This document shows positions 35,586-42,934 of a DNA stretch of 45,084 nt, piece after piece; the stretch's first letter is position 1, and each line of letters opens with the position of its first letter. A program made the position numbers and the translations under genes. Source of the stretch: a virus. The notes below the pieces were generated by a model that ran no database searches, was not told the DNA's origin, and saw only the letters and a program-made list of their open reading frames with translations. The stretch spans positions 1-45,084 of the IMG/VR virus record IMGVR_UViG_3300010935_000116. One strand, written 5' to 3'.

Positions 35586-36299
35586 TTATTCATTACCAGT
35601 CCCAAGCTGGGGCGTATTACTTGGTACGTGCAGCATAGTACCCTTTACTGCTTCGATGTTTTGCTTGCTTTGGTTTGGTACTAAACTTACAACTGGGTAA
35701 CGGCTTTTAACCCCTGGCTTTTGGCTTTTAGAAAACTTTACGCTTAAGTCAAATATTACACCACGCACAGAACCACGCTGCTGCATCATCATATCAAAAG
35801 TATCACGTATTGCTGGTATCGTGCTGGCTTCGCCTTTGGTGCTAAATTCCCAGTAACCTGCAATATCCTTAACCTTGGGCAAAATAAAGCGCAGCGTTAA
35901 AATTACTTCCCATTCTTTTGCACCTGCCTGCTTTTTGGTGCGCTCCATTATGTCGGGGTACTCCGTGGCTGTGTAGGTTTTGTATTGCTGGCTGCCTGTG
36001 TGCCATATTTCAAATTCTTCGCCGTCGCCACGTGCGTACAGCTTGCCGTCTTTATCCCGTAATTCGTAACGCTCGTTACACATAGTTTCGGGCGTATCTT
36101 CCCAAAAAACTACCTGCACCGTATCGGGTTTATCCCCATACGCCTGCTTAAATAAACCAGCGTACTTTCCTGCTGGTATAAAATAGTCGCAGCTTTGTGG
36201 GTAGCCCCTGTCGTTTTTAAAGCCTGTTTTTATCTGTCCTACCCGTGGCAGCTTAAAGCTTTGTACCTGTTCGGGTCTTTTAATTCTACCTTTTGCCAT
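35586..36299 (-). CDS. Hypothetical protein (possibly phiC31 gp3 / RDF-like family)
   Basis: I start it at ATG 36299, right after the upstream stop at 36301. KLPRVGQIKTGFKNDRGYPQSCDYFIP is reminiscent of gp3-like proteins. This is a weak recollection. Confidence 0.5.
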   Translation of the reverse strand: MAKGRIKRPEQVQSFKLPRVGQIKTGFKNDRGYPQSCDYFIPAGKYAGLFKQAYGDKPDTVQVVFWEDTPETMCNERYELRDKDGKLYARGDGEEFEIWHTGSQQYKTYTATEYPDIMERTKKQAGAKEWEVILTLRFILPKVKDIAGYWEFSTKGEASTIPAIRDTFDMMMQQRGSVRGVIFDLSVKFSKSQKPGVKSRYPVVSLVPNQSKQNIEAVKGTMLHVPSNTPQLGTGNE

Positions 36300-36300
36300 A

Positions 36301-36675
36301 TTAAATATCTTTGCCGCAATCTGCGCAGGTTTTATATACAAAGCCATTGCCTTGATGTAAAATTTCTTCGCCATCGCATTTACATTTTAACTCTTTTAAT
36401 GACGTTATTTCAACGCCTGCCTGTGTTAGCACTTCAATACACATATTTTTTATAAAACCAGCTTCTAAACTATCGTGAAACATTTCTACCAGCTGGCGCA
36501 TTTTAGGCGCAGCAGCTATAAGCTTGGCGTTTGCTTCCTGCTCTTGTACGGTAAGCTTTCCGTTTTGTTGTATTCTTAAAAGCCAGTCGTTACCATTTGC
36601 TATTCCGTAAAAATTTGCTTCGCCGTCCGTGGTATTTATCCAATCGCCTGCGGTGTGTTCGTTTAAAAATGCCAT
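36301..36675 (-). CDS. Hypothetical protein
   Basis: 124-aa ORF with the NAKLIAAAPKM motif common in phage hypothetical proteins and a C-terminal CxC...CxxC. Confidence 0.55.
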   Translation of the reverse strand: MAFLNEHTAGDWINTTDGEANFYGIANGNDWLLRIQQNGKLTVQEQEANAKLIAAAPKMRQLVEMFHDSLEAGFIKNMCIEVLTQAGVEITSLKELKCKCDGEEILHQGNGFVYKTCADCGKDI

Positions 36676-36676
36676 A

Positions 36677-36988
36677 CTATACGCTTTTAGTTAGTTCCCC
36701 GCACTTATCGCAAATAAAATGCGTGTTCGGGTCGTCTTGGTTAATACCGTGCAGGCGTTTTATAGATGCACCAGTAACCTGTACAAATCTATGCCCGTAA
36801 ATCTTACAAGGTTTTTCCCTGCTAAGTAAGTGCTGCGGCTCGGGTACAAATACAGCAGATACGTGTTCGTCGCAGTAAGTTTCATAAACCCAGCCACCAA
36901 GCACACGAATAACACGCAAGCCAGTACATACCTGTTCTGCATCGTGCAGCTTCATATCCATTAATTTATCAATATGCTTTATATCCAT
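36677..36988 (-). CDS. Hypothetical protein
   Basis: 103-aa ORF with a C-terminal CDKCGE. Confidence 0.55.
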   Translation of the reverse strand: MDIKHIDKLMDMKLHDAEQVCTGLRVIRVLGGWVYETYCDEHVSAVFVPEPQHLLSREKPCKIYGHRFVQVTGASIKRLHGINQDDPNTHFICDKCGELTKSV

Positions 36989-37209
36989 TTTTCCACCAGT
37001 TTAAAGTTATTAGTAAATTCCTCTGCCGTAAGCTGGGGGCTGCCTATTACTTCTGCGCCGTTGCTTATTGCTATTGTTTTCGTGCGTAGGGCTGTACGTA
37101 TCGGCATATCTTTTATTTCGCTATAAGATAGCCCGTAATTAACCCAAAGCTTAGCAAAGGGGCTGAAATAAAGCCCCTGCTGCCAAGATTTTAAAATAAG
37201 CCCAGCCAT
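36979..37209 (-). CDS. Hypothetical small protein
   Basis: 76-aa ORF, start coupled at 37209. Confidence 0.5.
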   Translation of the reverse strand: MAGLILKSWQQGLYFSPFAKLWVNYGLSYSEIKDMPIRTALRTKTIAISNGAEVIGSPQLTAEEFTNNFKLVEKWI

Positions 37210-38282
37210 TACTTACGTGGCTTTTGGTTTTCCTTTTTACGCTTTTTAACCAGTTCGCTTAATGTCATTTCGGTAACATTAGCAGCAAGCCCAGCCTTAA
37301 GGTCGATTACACCGTTTACGATTGTTACGGTATTATTTCGTCTATCCCTTTCAACGCCTGCAAGTTCCACCAAGTGCTTAAGCTTATACCTGCTTTTGCT
37401 TTCGGTTTGGTCTTTTAGGTTATACGTCGGGGTCGTGGTGCGCCAGTCTTTCGGCGACCAGTTGTAAACCCTTTCAACTGGCTTATTCGGGAAATGCGCC
37501 TGCCACATTTCGCAATAAGCTTGCAGCTGTATTTCGTGTTCCTCATAAAAGCCCTTACGCCCACTTTTAAAATCTACTATTGCCGTAAAGGTTTGCAGCT
37601 GCTTGGTTTCTTTTGGCTGCCCAGCACGTGCGCCAGTTTTAAAGTGTTCCCCGAAAAAGCCTTTTACTTCTACACTCATTTCGCATACCAAATCAATAGC
37701 ACCAGCATAACCGTCCGTCGGGTGCGCCAGTACAATTTCAATCGCCAGCGGCTTAACATCGCATTCAATCATAAACTGCGCAAACGCCAGCACGTCCTTT
37801 TTAATTTCGTCGGCGTGGTTTATAAAGCTACTCGGCAGGCTTTCCTTTTCGATATAAGCCTTAAGCCTTGCCTTTACTTTTTCAGTATCGTAAGTGCGGT
37901 TAATTAATAATTCTGCGATTTCTGTGTGCATAAAAGTACCATAGTCTGCACGCTCTTGGGCATATACACGGCTTTCATCGTAACCCATATCTGCAATCCA
38001 TTTGATAAGGTGCGGGCTGGTAGGCATAGTCTGCTTTATCATCGTAGTAACCGAGGTAAAGAAATTCGGCTGCCCCTGCTCGTCAAAAGTGTAATAATAG
38101 CGGTGGCTTGAACCTTGTAACCTGTATATGGTTTCGGGTGCTTCCACTAAAGCCTTATCATTAAAAAATACTGCAAGCATTTCCTCGCTTGTAAGCCCTG
38201 GGGCTAATTCATAAACGCCCTCGGGTGCATCTTGCATCATTGCATCAAAGGCTGCGCTGTTCTGTTCGCTCTCGTTTTTCAT
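37209..38282 (-). CDS. PD-(D/E)XK (RecB/Cas4-like) exonuclease
   Basis: GTFMHTEIAE, GYAGAIDLVCE, AIVDFKSG (D-x-K) and EIQLQAYCEM (QxxxY) occur in the canonical order. Confidence 0.7.
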   Translation of the reverse strand: MKNESEQNSAAFDAMMQDAPEGVYELAPGLTSEEMLAVFFNDKALVEAPETIYRLQGSSHRYYYTFDEQGQPNFFTSVTTMIKQTMPTSPHLIKWIADMGYDESRVYAQERADYGTFMHTEIAELLINRTYDTEKVKARLKAYIEKESLPSSFINHADEIKKDVLAFAQFMIECDVKPLAIEIVLAHPTDGYAGAIDLVCEMSVEVKGFFGEHFKTGARAGQPKETKQLQTFTAIVDFKSGRKGFYEEHEIQLQAYCEMWQAHFPNKPVERVYNWSPKDWRTTTPTYNLKDQTESKSRYKLKHLVELAGVERDRRNNTVTIVNGVIDLKAGLAANVTEMTLSELVKKRKKENQKPRK

Positions 38283-38284
38283 TG

Positions 38285-38449
38285 TTAATCTGTTTTAATT
38301 GTAAATAAAAGTATGCTCAATCCGCTGCATACAATAGCGGTATAATAATGCCAGTAAGCACCGTAAAAAAATGCGCCTATAAAAGCAGCTATTCCCAGCA
38401 GCAAAAATATAGCTGCAAAAATTCTATTTCCTATCTGTTCCGCTTTCAT
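38285..38449 (-). CDS. Small membrane protein
   Basis: I start it at ATG 38449 (MKAEQIGNRIFAAIFLLLGIAAFIGAFFYGAYWHYYTAIVCSGLSILLF). It has two TM-like segments. Confidence 0.45.
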   Translation of the reverse strand: MKAEQIGNRIFAAIFLLLGIAAFIGAFFYGAYWHYYTAIVCSGLSILLFTIKTD

Positions 38450-38729
38450 ACTTATCAAGTTTTTTGCTATCCATTGGCTTAATGCCAAATAAAAAGTTTG
38501 CATCTACCCCCGTGGCTTTGCATATTTTGCGCACCCAAGCAGGTGCTACTCTACTGGTCTTTCCAGTAATAAGGTTTGATATGTTTACTACTTGCGTTTT
38601 AGGTTTTGCATCTGCAAAAAGTAATTCGCCTAAGTCCTTTTTTTGTAAGCTTTGGGTGCTTTTCGCCTTGGTGGCTTCGTGGTAGTCCAACGCTTCATCA
38701 ATGCGCAGGGCTGGCTTTTGTTTTTCCAT
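38424..38729 (-). CDS. XRE-like helix-turn-helix regulator (candidate)
   Basis: I start it at internal ATG 38729 (MEKQKPALRIDEAL...). KKDLGELLFADAKPKTQVVNISNLITGKTSRVAPAWVRKICKATGVDANFLFG fits an HTH_XRE layout. Confidence 0.55.
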   Translation of the reverse strand: MEKQKPALRIDEALDYHEATKAKSTQSLQKKDLGELLFADAKPKTQVVNISNLITGKTSRVAPAWVRKICKATGVDANFLFGIKPMDSKKLDKYESGTDRK

Positions 38730-38739
38730 TTTTAAAATA

Positions 38740-38877
38740 TTAGTTATCGTGAATATATCCTTTACGGCAGTTGCTATCACAAAAAGAGCCATTACACGGT
38801 TCGCCGCAGTAATCGCATTCGTTTTCCTTTTCGTCGTCGTAAGGGGTTGCTGTCTTCCAGCTGTCATAATTTGCCAT
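38740..38877 (-). CDS. Small Cys-rich ORF (45 aa), first gene after promoter repeat B
   Basis: My own translation gives MANYDSWKTATPYDDEKENECDYCGEPCNGSFCDSNCRKGYIHDN. The ATG lies 1 nt after the CGAGAGC leader, unlike the track ORF start at 38867. Confidence 0.5.
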   Translation of the reverse strand: MANYDSWKTATPYDDEKENECDYCGEPCNGSFCDSNCRKGYIHDN

Positions 38878-38960
38878 CGCTCTCGGTTTTAATTATACCG
38901 CTAAATTAAACTTTTTCTTTAATTAACAAAACTTTCTTCTGTTAAAGATTTATTTTAAAT
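38878..38960 (-). promoter_or_regulatory. Promoter/operator-like repeat, copy B
   Basis: The minus strand reads AAGTTTTGTTAATTAAAGAAAAAGTTTAATTTAGCGGTATAATTAAAACCGAGAGCGATG. Confidence 0.6.
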
Positions 38961-38990
38961 AACAAAAGCCCCTACAAGTGCAGGGGCTTT
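38961..38990 (-). terminator. Rho-independent terminator
   Basis: The minus transcript reads AGCCCCU-GCACUUGU-AGGGGCU followed by UUUGUUAUUU. Confidence 0.65.
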
Positions 38991-39061
38991 CTATCGCAGA
39001 TATACCGAGAGCGTTCGGAAATATTGGAGTGAGACAAATATAGTATTTAAACTTAATTAAG

Positions 39062-39328
39062 CTACACCTGTGCCGTATCTTTTTTTATCCAACATTCCAC
39101 CTGCATACCATTACTGCCCAAAGTTACAAGGCATAAATCACGCTGCCCGTCGCTCATAAGCACCTTGCCCAGCGTGGCAGTATCTTCCTGCTGGGTTTTA
39201 AAAAACGGGTCTTTGTAAATAGTTACCTGCGTGCCAGTATTAGGCATCGCCACGGTTTGCACTTCGGGAGCAATTAAAAAGTCTTCCCTTGGGTCTAAAG
39301 CTTGTATTTCGTTAAAAGGCATAATCAA
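39062..39328 (-). CDS. Hypothetical protein
   Basis: 88-aa ORF with a 4-nt overlap to the upstream ORF. Confidence 0.55.
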   Translation of the reverse strand: MIMPFNEIQALDPREDFLIAPEVQTVAMPNTGTQVTIYKDPFFKTQQEDTATLGKVLMSDGQRDLCLVTLGSNGMQVECWIKKDTAQV

Positions 39329-39510
39329 TCAATATTATTAAGCACTTCGGTTACTTCCAGCCCGTCCTGCTTGGTTACGTGGCAAAGGTAGCCATTTATT
39401 GCGTTATTGGTAATATACATATCATCAGCTGCACGCTGTGCCATTGCTATCGCTGCTTTTTCAGTAGGCTTGCACGGTAATTCTATTCTTATGGTGGCGT
39501 AAAATTTCAT
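39325..39510 (-). CDS. Hypothetical small protein
   Basis: 61-aa ORF. Confidence 0.5.
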   Translation of the reverse strand: MKFYATIRIELPCKPTEKAAIAMAQRAADDMYITNNAINGYLCHVTKQDGLEVTEVLNNID

Positions 39511-39630
39511 TTATCTTTTAGTTAAGGCGTTATCTATTTTTTCACGTGCATACTGTGCCATTGATAAAGATATTGCGATATAAAGGCTGGTATGCGTTTT
39601 CTTAAACTGTTCCAAATTAAATTCCTGCAT
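39511..39630 (-). CDS. Possible small ORF (39 aa)
   Basis: My own translation gives MQEFNLEQFKKTHTSLYIAISLSMAQYAREKIDNALTKR. Its stop abuts the next ATG (TAAATG), and it fills an otherwise empty 150-nt gap. Confidence 0.35.
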   Translation of the reverse strand: MQEFNLEQFKKTHTSLYIAISLSMAQYAREKIDNALTKR

Positions 39631-39658
39631 TCTTTCCTTGCAGTTTTGTTCCAGTATT

Positions 39659-39973
39659 CTATCTATTGGATTCATCTGTATGGTGCTTTATGCAGCTGCT
39701 TTCGTTTTCGTGTAGCACGCTGCTGTTACTTATTATTAATTTCCTGCCAATCATTAAAGCCATACGGTAAAATAAATTACCTCTTTGCTTAAGGTGGATA
39801 TGCCCAGCGCATTGCCTTTTTTGTTCATCTGCACCGTATGCAGTTTTATGGCATACAAAACTATCGGCTTCAAGTATTTCCTGCATACGTTCCTTTCCAA
39901 GCCAGCCAGCAGGGGCATCTTTACGCATAGGGCAGTTACTGCAAGGCGCAGGCATATATGGCAGCTTTTCCAT
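39659..39973 (-). CDS. Cys-rich putative metal-binding protein (DUF6283-like pattern)
   Basis: PCSNCPMRKDAPAGW ... FVCHKT ... QCAGH. Confidence 0.45.
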   Translation of the reverse strand: MEKLPYMPAPCSNCPMRKDAPAGWLGKERMQEILEADSFVCHKTAYGADEQKRQCAGHIHLKQRGNLFYRMALMIGRKLIISNSSVLHENESSCIKHHTDESNR

Positions 39974-40449
39974 TAGTTTGATTTTTTACAGCTTATAGGC
40001 TGCTGCTGGCTTAACCTGCCTACCTCGGCAAGCTTATCAGCTATTTCGTTAAAAGTGTTCCCGTTATGCCCACGCACCCAAGTAAGGTTCAACGTGCTAC
40101 TGCCTTGCCTGTGCTTTTCCTGCACTTCCAGTAATCGTTCCCATAAGTCTGCATTCATTTTAGTATGCAGCTTACCCTTAGCCAGCCAGCCGTGCAGCCA
40201 TTCGTTTGCGCCTTTTACGCAGTACTGGCTGTCGCTGTAAATATCAATCTTATGCCCTACGTCTATGCTTTCCAAAGCTTTAATAATTGCCTTAAGTTCC
40301 ATACGGTTATTCGTAGTATCAGCATATTTTTTACTGCTGTGCTTTTTCATCACGTTGTTACCTCTATGCTTTGCAGTAATTACATACCCGTAACTGCCCA
40401 GCCCAGTCTTATTATCGCTGCTGCCGTCTGTGTGTACCGTTATGAGCAT
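39973..40449 (-). CDS. rnhA: Ribonuclease HI
   Basis: HTDGSS..., TTNNRMELKAIIKALE, IYSDSQYCVKGANEWLHGW and WVRGHNGNTFNEIADKLA give the D-E-D-(H)-D order. I start it at ATG 40449, not 40524. Confidence 0.85.
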   Translation of the reverse strand: MLITVHTDGSSDNKTGLGSYGYVITAKHRGNNVMKKHSSKKYADTTNNRMELKAIIKALESIDVGHKIDIYSDSQYCVKGANEWLHGWLAKGKLHTKMNADLWERLLEVQEKHRQGSSTLNLTWVRGHNGNTFNEIADKLAEVGRLSQQQPISCKKSN

Positions 40450-40607
40450 ACCAGTAAAGTGTAAATTAAAGCAGCACCCAGTACAGCAATTAAACCAGCG
40501 CAGCAATATCCAAAAATAGCCCATTGCTTTGCTTGCTTGTTTAGTTTTCCAAGCAGCTGGTCGTGGTCGTCTTTACGCATAGCGTTTAACAATTTAATAT
40601 TTTCCAT
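40440..40607 (-). CDS. Small tail-anchored membrane ORF (55 aa)
   Basis: My own translation gives MENIKLLNAMRKDDHDQLLGKLNKQAKQWAIFGYCCAGLIAVLGAALIYTLLVCS. Its stop overlaps the RNase H ATG region. Confidence 0.45.
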   Translation of the reverse strand: MENIKLLNAMRKDDHDQLLGKLNKQAKQWAIFGYCCAGLIAVLGAALIYTLLVCS

Positions 40608-40618
40608 AAAATAAAAGT

Positions 40619-40867
40619 TTAATGAGAGTAAAAAGTAACACGTACACCGCTGCGCAGTTTGCTTGTATGCTTATCTGCTGCACTATTAAAAGCACGTTCG
40701 ATAAATTTATTAGCAAATTCAACGCCTACAAGTTTAATAAGCCCACTTACACCTAAAAGGGTATTTAAGTTCTTTCCGCTTTTGTTTGTGGTGTGTGCTT
40801 TAATCTTAAAATTTTGGTTTACTTCTGCCGTAGTAAAATTTAAGCCTGTGTAAATTGATGTTTCCAT
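40619..40867 (-). CDS. Hypothetical protein, first gene after promoter repeat C
   Basis: 82-aa ORF preceded by AACCGAGAGCGAAAAATG. Confidence 0.55.
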   Translation of the reverse strand: METSIYTGLNFTTAEVNQNFKIKAHTTNKSGKNLNTLLGVSGLIKLVGVEFANKFIERAFNSAADKHTSKLRSGVRVTFYSH

Positions 40868-40960
40868 TTTTCGCTCTCGGTTACATTATTAATATACGGC
40901 TAAATTAAACTTTTTCTTTAATTGTCAAAACTTTTGCGAGTTAAAATTTATCTTTAATTG
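40868..40960 (-). promoter_or_regulatory. Promoter/operator-like repeat, copy C
   Basis: The minus strand reads AAAGTTTTGACAATTAAAGAAAAAGTTTAATTTAGCCGTATATTAATAATGTAACCGAGAGCGAAAAATG. It follows the lysis-module terminator. Confidence 0.6.
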
Positions 40961-41027
40961 TTATTTTTTTACTTTCTGCGATTTAAGGGCATTTCTTTTA
41001 ATTGACTATACTTTTATTATTAAGCAT

Positions 41028-41050
41028 AAAAAAAGCCACCATAGGCAGCT
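41028..41050 (-). terminator. Rho-independent terminator ending the late/lysis operon
   Basis: The minus transcript reads AGCUGCC-UAU-GGUGGCU followed by U7. The stem includes two G-U pairs, so it folds only in this orientation. Confidence 0.65.
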
Positions 41051-41073
41051 TATTTTAATTATTAGGGTATTTG

Positions 41074-41631
41074 TTACCAAATGGCAAAGCTTAATCTGCC
41101 ACCATAGTAAAATTCCTTATCTATTACCCCAGCACTTACGCCAAAACCAAGCTTTCCAGTATAATAGTCTAAACCTACCCCTGGCACGTGCATTTCAAAC
41201 GCTGGTATATAATCATCCTTAAGGCTTATGTATAATTTTGAAAGCCTTGTTTTCTTTTCAGAATACCCAAGCTGTAAATCTGAATAACGCAACACATCAT
41301 TACTTAACTGCACTATGCTGGCATTTTGCTGCTCTATTGTTTTAAGCCCCGCAAGGTTTCTGCTGGTTAATGATTGTATAGTGCTGTCCTGCTTTCGTAT
41401 TGTTTCCAATAGTTCGGCATTAACCTGCCTAAGCCTTTGCTCGTTTTTAATGGTCTTGGCTACGTCAATCGTTTTTTCCTTGCTTAGCGTTACCGTTTGG
41501 CTGGTCGGGTCTGTACTCACTTCCTGCGATAATGCCAGCAGCGGTAAGAAAATCAATATCATAATTAGGGTTAAGGCTTTTGCGCTTGGCTTGGTTGTAC
41601 CAGTAGCGGCTGTCTGCTTTGGCTTTTTCAT
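41074..41631 (-). CDS. Envelope-spanning lysis accessory candidate (signal/TM + coiled coil + C-terminal beta-rich segment)
   Basis: 185 aa with N-terminal LTLIMILIFLPLLALS and no Cys anywhere. The C-terminus GLDYYTGKLGFGVSAGVIDKEFYYGGRLSFAIW ends in an aromatic residue. It overlaps the preceding ORF out of frame by 167 nt. Confidence 0.5.
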   Translation of the reverse strand: MKKPKQTAATGTTKPSAKALTLIMILIFLPLLALSQEVSTDPTSQTVTLSKEKTIDVAKTIKNEQRLRQVNAELLETIRKQDSTIQSLTSRNLAGLKTIEQQNASIVQLSNDVLRYSDLQLGYSEKKTRLSKLYISLKDDYIPAFEMHVPGVGLDYYTGKLGFGVSAGVIDKEFYYGGRLSFAIW

Positions 41632-41839
41632 TGTCTTGTATTAGGTTTTTAATGGTTACGTCCCTATCCTGCGCCACGCTATCCACACGCTTAAGGGATA
41701 ATTCTTTTTCGTCTTGCAGCTTATCCTTTATATCATTTAATAAAGCATTTCGCTGGCTTCTGTCGTAAAAGTGCTTAGCCGTACCCAAGGATATAAGTAC
41801 GGCTACCACTATTAAAAAGGTTTTTAAACTTATCTGCAT
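41465..41839 (-). CDS. i-spanin-like protein (N-terminal TM + coiled coil)
   Basis: 124 aa with the TM segment FLIVVAVLISLGTA and a charged helical remainder. It lies immediately after the endolysin. Confidence 0.5.
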   Translation of the reverse strand: MQISLKTFLIVVAVLISLGTAKHFYDRSQRNALLNDIKDKLQDEKELSLKRVDSVAQDRDVTIKNLIQDNEKAKADSRYWYNQAKRKSLNPNYDIDFLTAAGIIAGSEYRPDQPNGNAKQGKND

Positions 41840-41842
41840 AGC

Positions 41843-42379
41843 TTAAGAAGTTAAAAGTAATTCACGCAGCAGCTGGCTGTATTCTTCCTCGCAGCCGTTA
41901 ATGGCTTGGCAGTCTTTTAGGTTGCTTCCAAAAAATGGCTCTACCAGTAAAGCATCTGCATAGTTATCTATTATCCACGTGCCGCCGTTTTGCTTGCGGG
42001 TTGTTACTGGCACATTAGAACGTCGCCTTATACCGAAAGTATCGTACATCATTTGCGTAAACCTTGCAGCCGCTTCCTTGGTTCTTCTGTTAGTAATATA
42101 ATGCAATGCGCTTGCGCCGTTTGCTTTTGGATCGGGGAAACTATCAAAATGTAATTCCAAAGCCATATCGTACTTAGTAAGGTTTATTTCATTAACCAGC
42201 TTTACAATACGTCCGCCCTCGCTGCCCCAAATGGTGTTCGGTCTGTAATAAATATCTGCAATATCGCTAAGGCTTTCAGCGATAGGGCTATTAAATTCAA
42301 ATTCTGTTTTGCATAGGTGCGGACTGTACGCACCTTGCGCTTTACTTCTATGCCCTACGGCAATGGCAAATCGTTTCAT
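41843..42379 (-). CDS. N-acetylmuramoyl-L-alanine amidase endolysin (Amidase_3-like)
   Basis: AIAVGHRSKAQGA, LELHFDSF, GASALHY and ALLVEPFFGSN fit the zinc amidase_3 pattern. Confidence 0.75.
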   Translation of the reverse strand: MKRFAIAVGHRSKAQGAYSPHLCKTEFEFNSPIAESLSDIADIYYRPNTIWGSEGGRIVKLVNEINLTKYDMALELHFDSFPDPKANGASALHYITNRRTKEAAARFTQMMYDTFGIRRRSNVPVTTRKQNGGTWIIDNYADALLVEPFFGSNLKDCQAINGCEEEYSQLLRELLLTS

Positions 42380-42930
42380 TATTTGTCTTTATTTGTTAAA
42401 TCGTTAATATTTAAGTTTTCTTGAAACTTCCTAATTCTATTCATCCAGCCCACTGGTGGAAATTTTCCGTTTGTTGCTTCGCTTAAATTACCAAAAGCAG
42501 AAAATAACGGGTAAGATACTACCACTAAGGCAATAGTTAATTTTACGTAATCTCCTATTTCTACGTTATTTTCTTTAAACAACGCTTTAAATATTTCAAA
42601 TAATACTAACCCCGCTACTGTCAAAAAAGCTTTACTTAAGAATCCTGTTACCATTTTCTTAAGCGAAAAATCTTTAAACTTTAATGCGTGTACATATATT
42701 CCAATTATTAAATCTAATATAAGAGCCAAAGTTACAAGCTGCAAATATATTGCATTTATTGTAAGCCAAAGCTGTAAAGACGGGAATATAGAAGCAAAGG
42801 GGGTAAGTATTACCCCCATAAAAACGCTTGATTTAATCTTTGCTATTATCGTACCCTTATGGATAATAGATAGATTTAATAAAATTATTTTAGCCAAAAA
42901 AGCTAAGGGCTTGATTATAGTTAATTGCAT
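42379..42930 (-). CDS. Holin (Phage_holin_4_1-like)
   Basis: Multi-TM protein. LALILDLIIGIYVHALKFKDFSLKKMVTGFLSKAFL fits the family core. I start it at ATG 42930, just after the tail-fibre stop. It is start-coupled to the amidase. Confidence 0.65.
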   Translation of the reverse strand: MQLTIIKPLAFLAKIILLNLSIIHKGTIIAKIKSSVFMGVILTPFASIFPSLQLWLTINAIYLQLVTLALILDLIIGIYVHALKFKDFSLKKMVTGFLSKAFLTVAGLVLFEIFKALFKENNVEIGDYVKLTIALVVVSYPLFSAFGNLSEATNGKFPPVGWMNRIRKFQENLNINDLTNKDK

Positions 42931-42934
42931 AGCT

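Noticed and set aside
38424-38729. The HTH protein as a CI-type lysogeny repressor, implying a temperate phage
   Set aside because: No integrase, excisionase, partition system or divergent promoter architecture is present. I call it only a regulator.
38990-39062. The plus-orientation CCGAGAGC copy (39005..39012) as the leader of a plus-strand gene
   Set aside because: No ATG or plausible ORF follows it on the plus strand. I treat it as a chance or inverted relic.
39973-40524. N-terminal extensions in track ORFs (RNase H from 40524, holin from 43011, 262-aa ORF from 36374, ATPase from 20127, HTH ORF from 38867)
   Set aside because: The extensions overlap upstream genes or read as hydrophobic or Cys-rich nonsense. 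Internal ATGs placed right after the upstream stop give compact coupled genes.
22297-40960. The four similar repeats as a CRISPR array or transposon ends
   Set aside because: The copies are 2-16 kb apart, all in the same orientation, and always sit directly upstream of a start codon. There are no regular spacers, no transposase and no target duplications.
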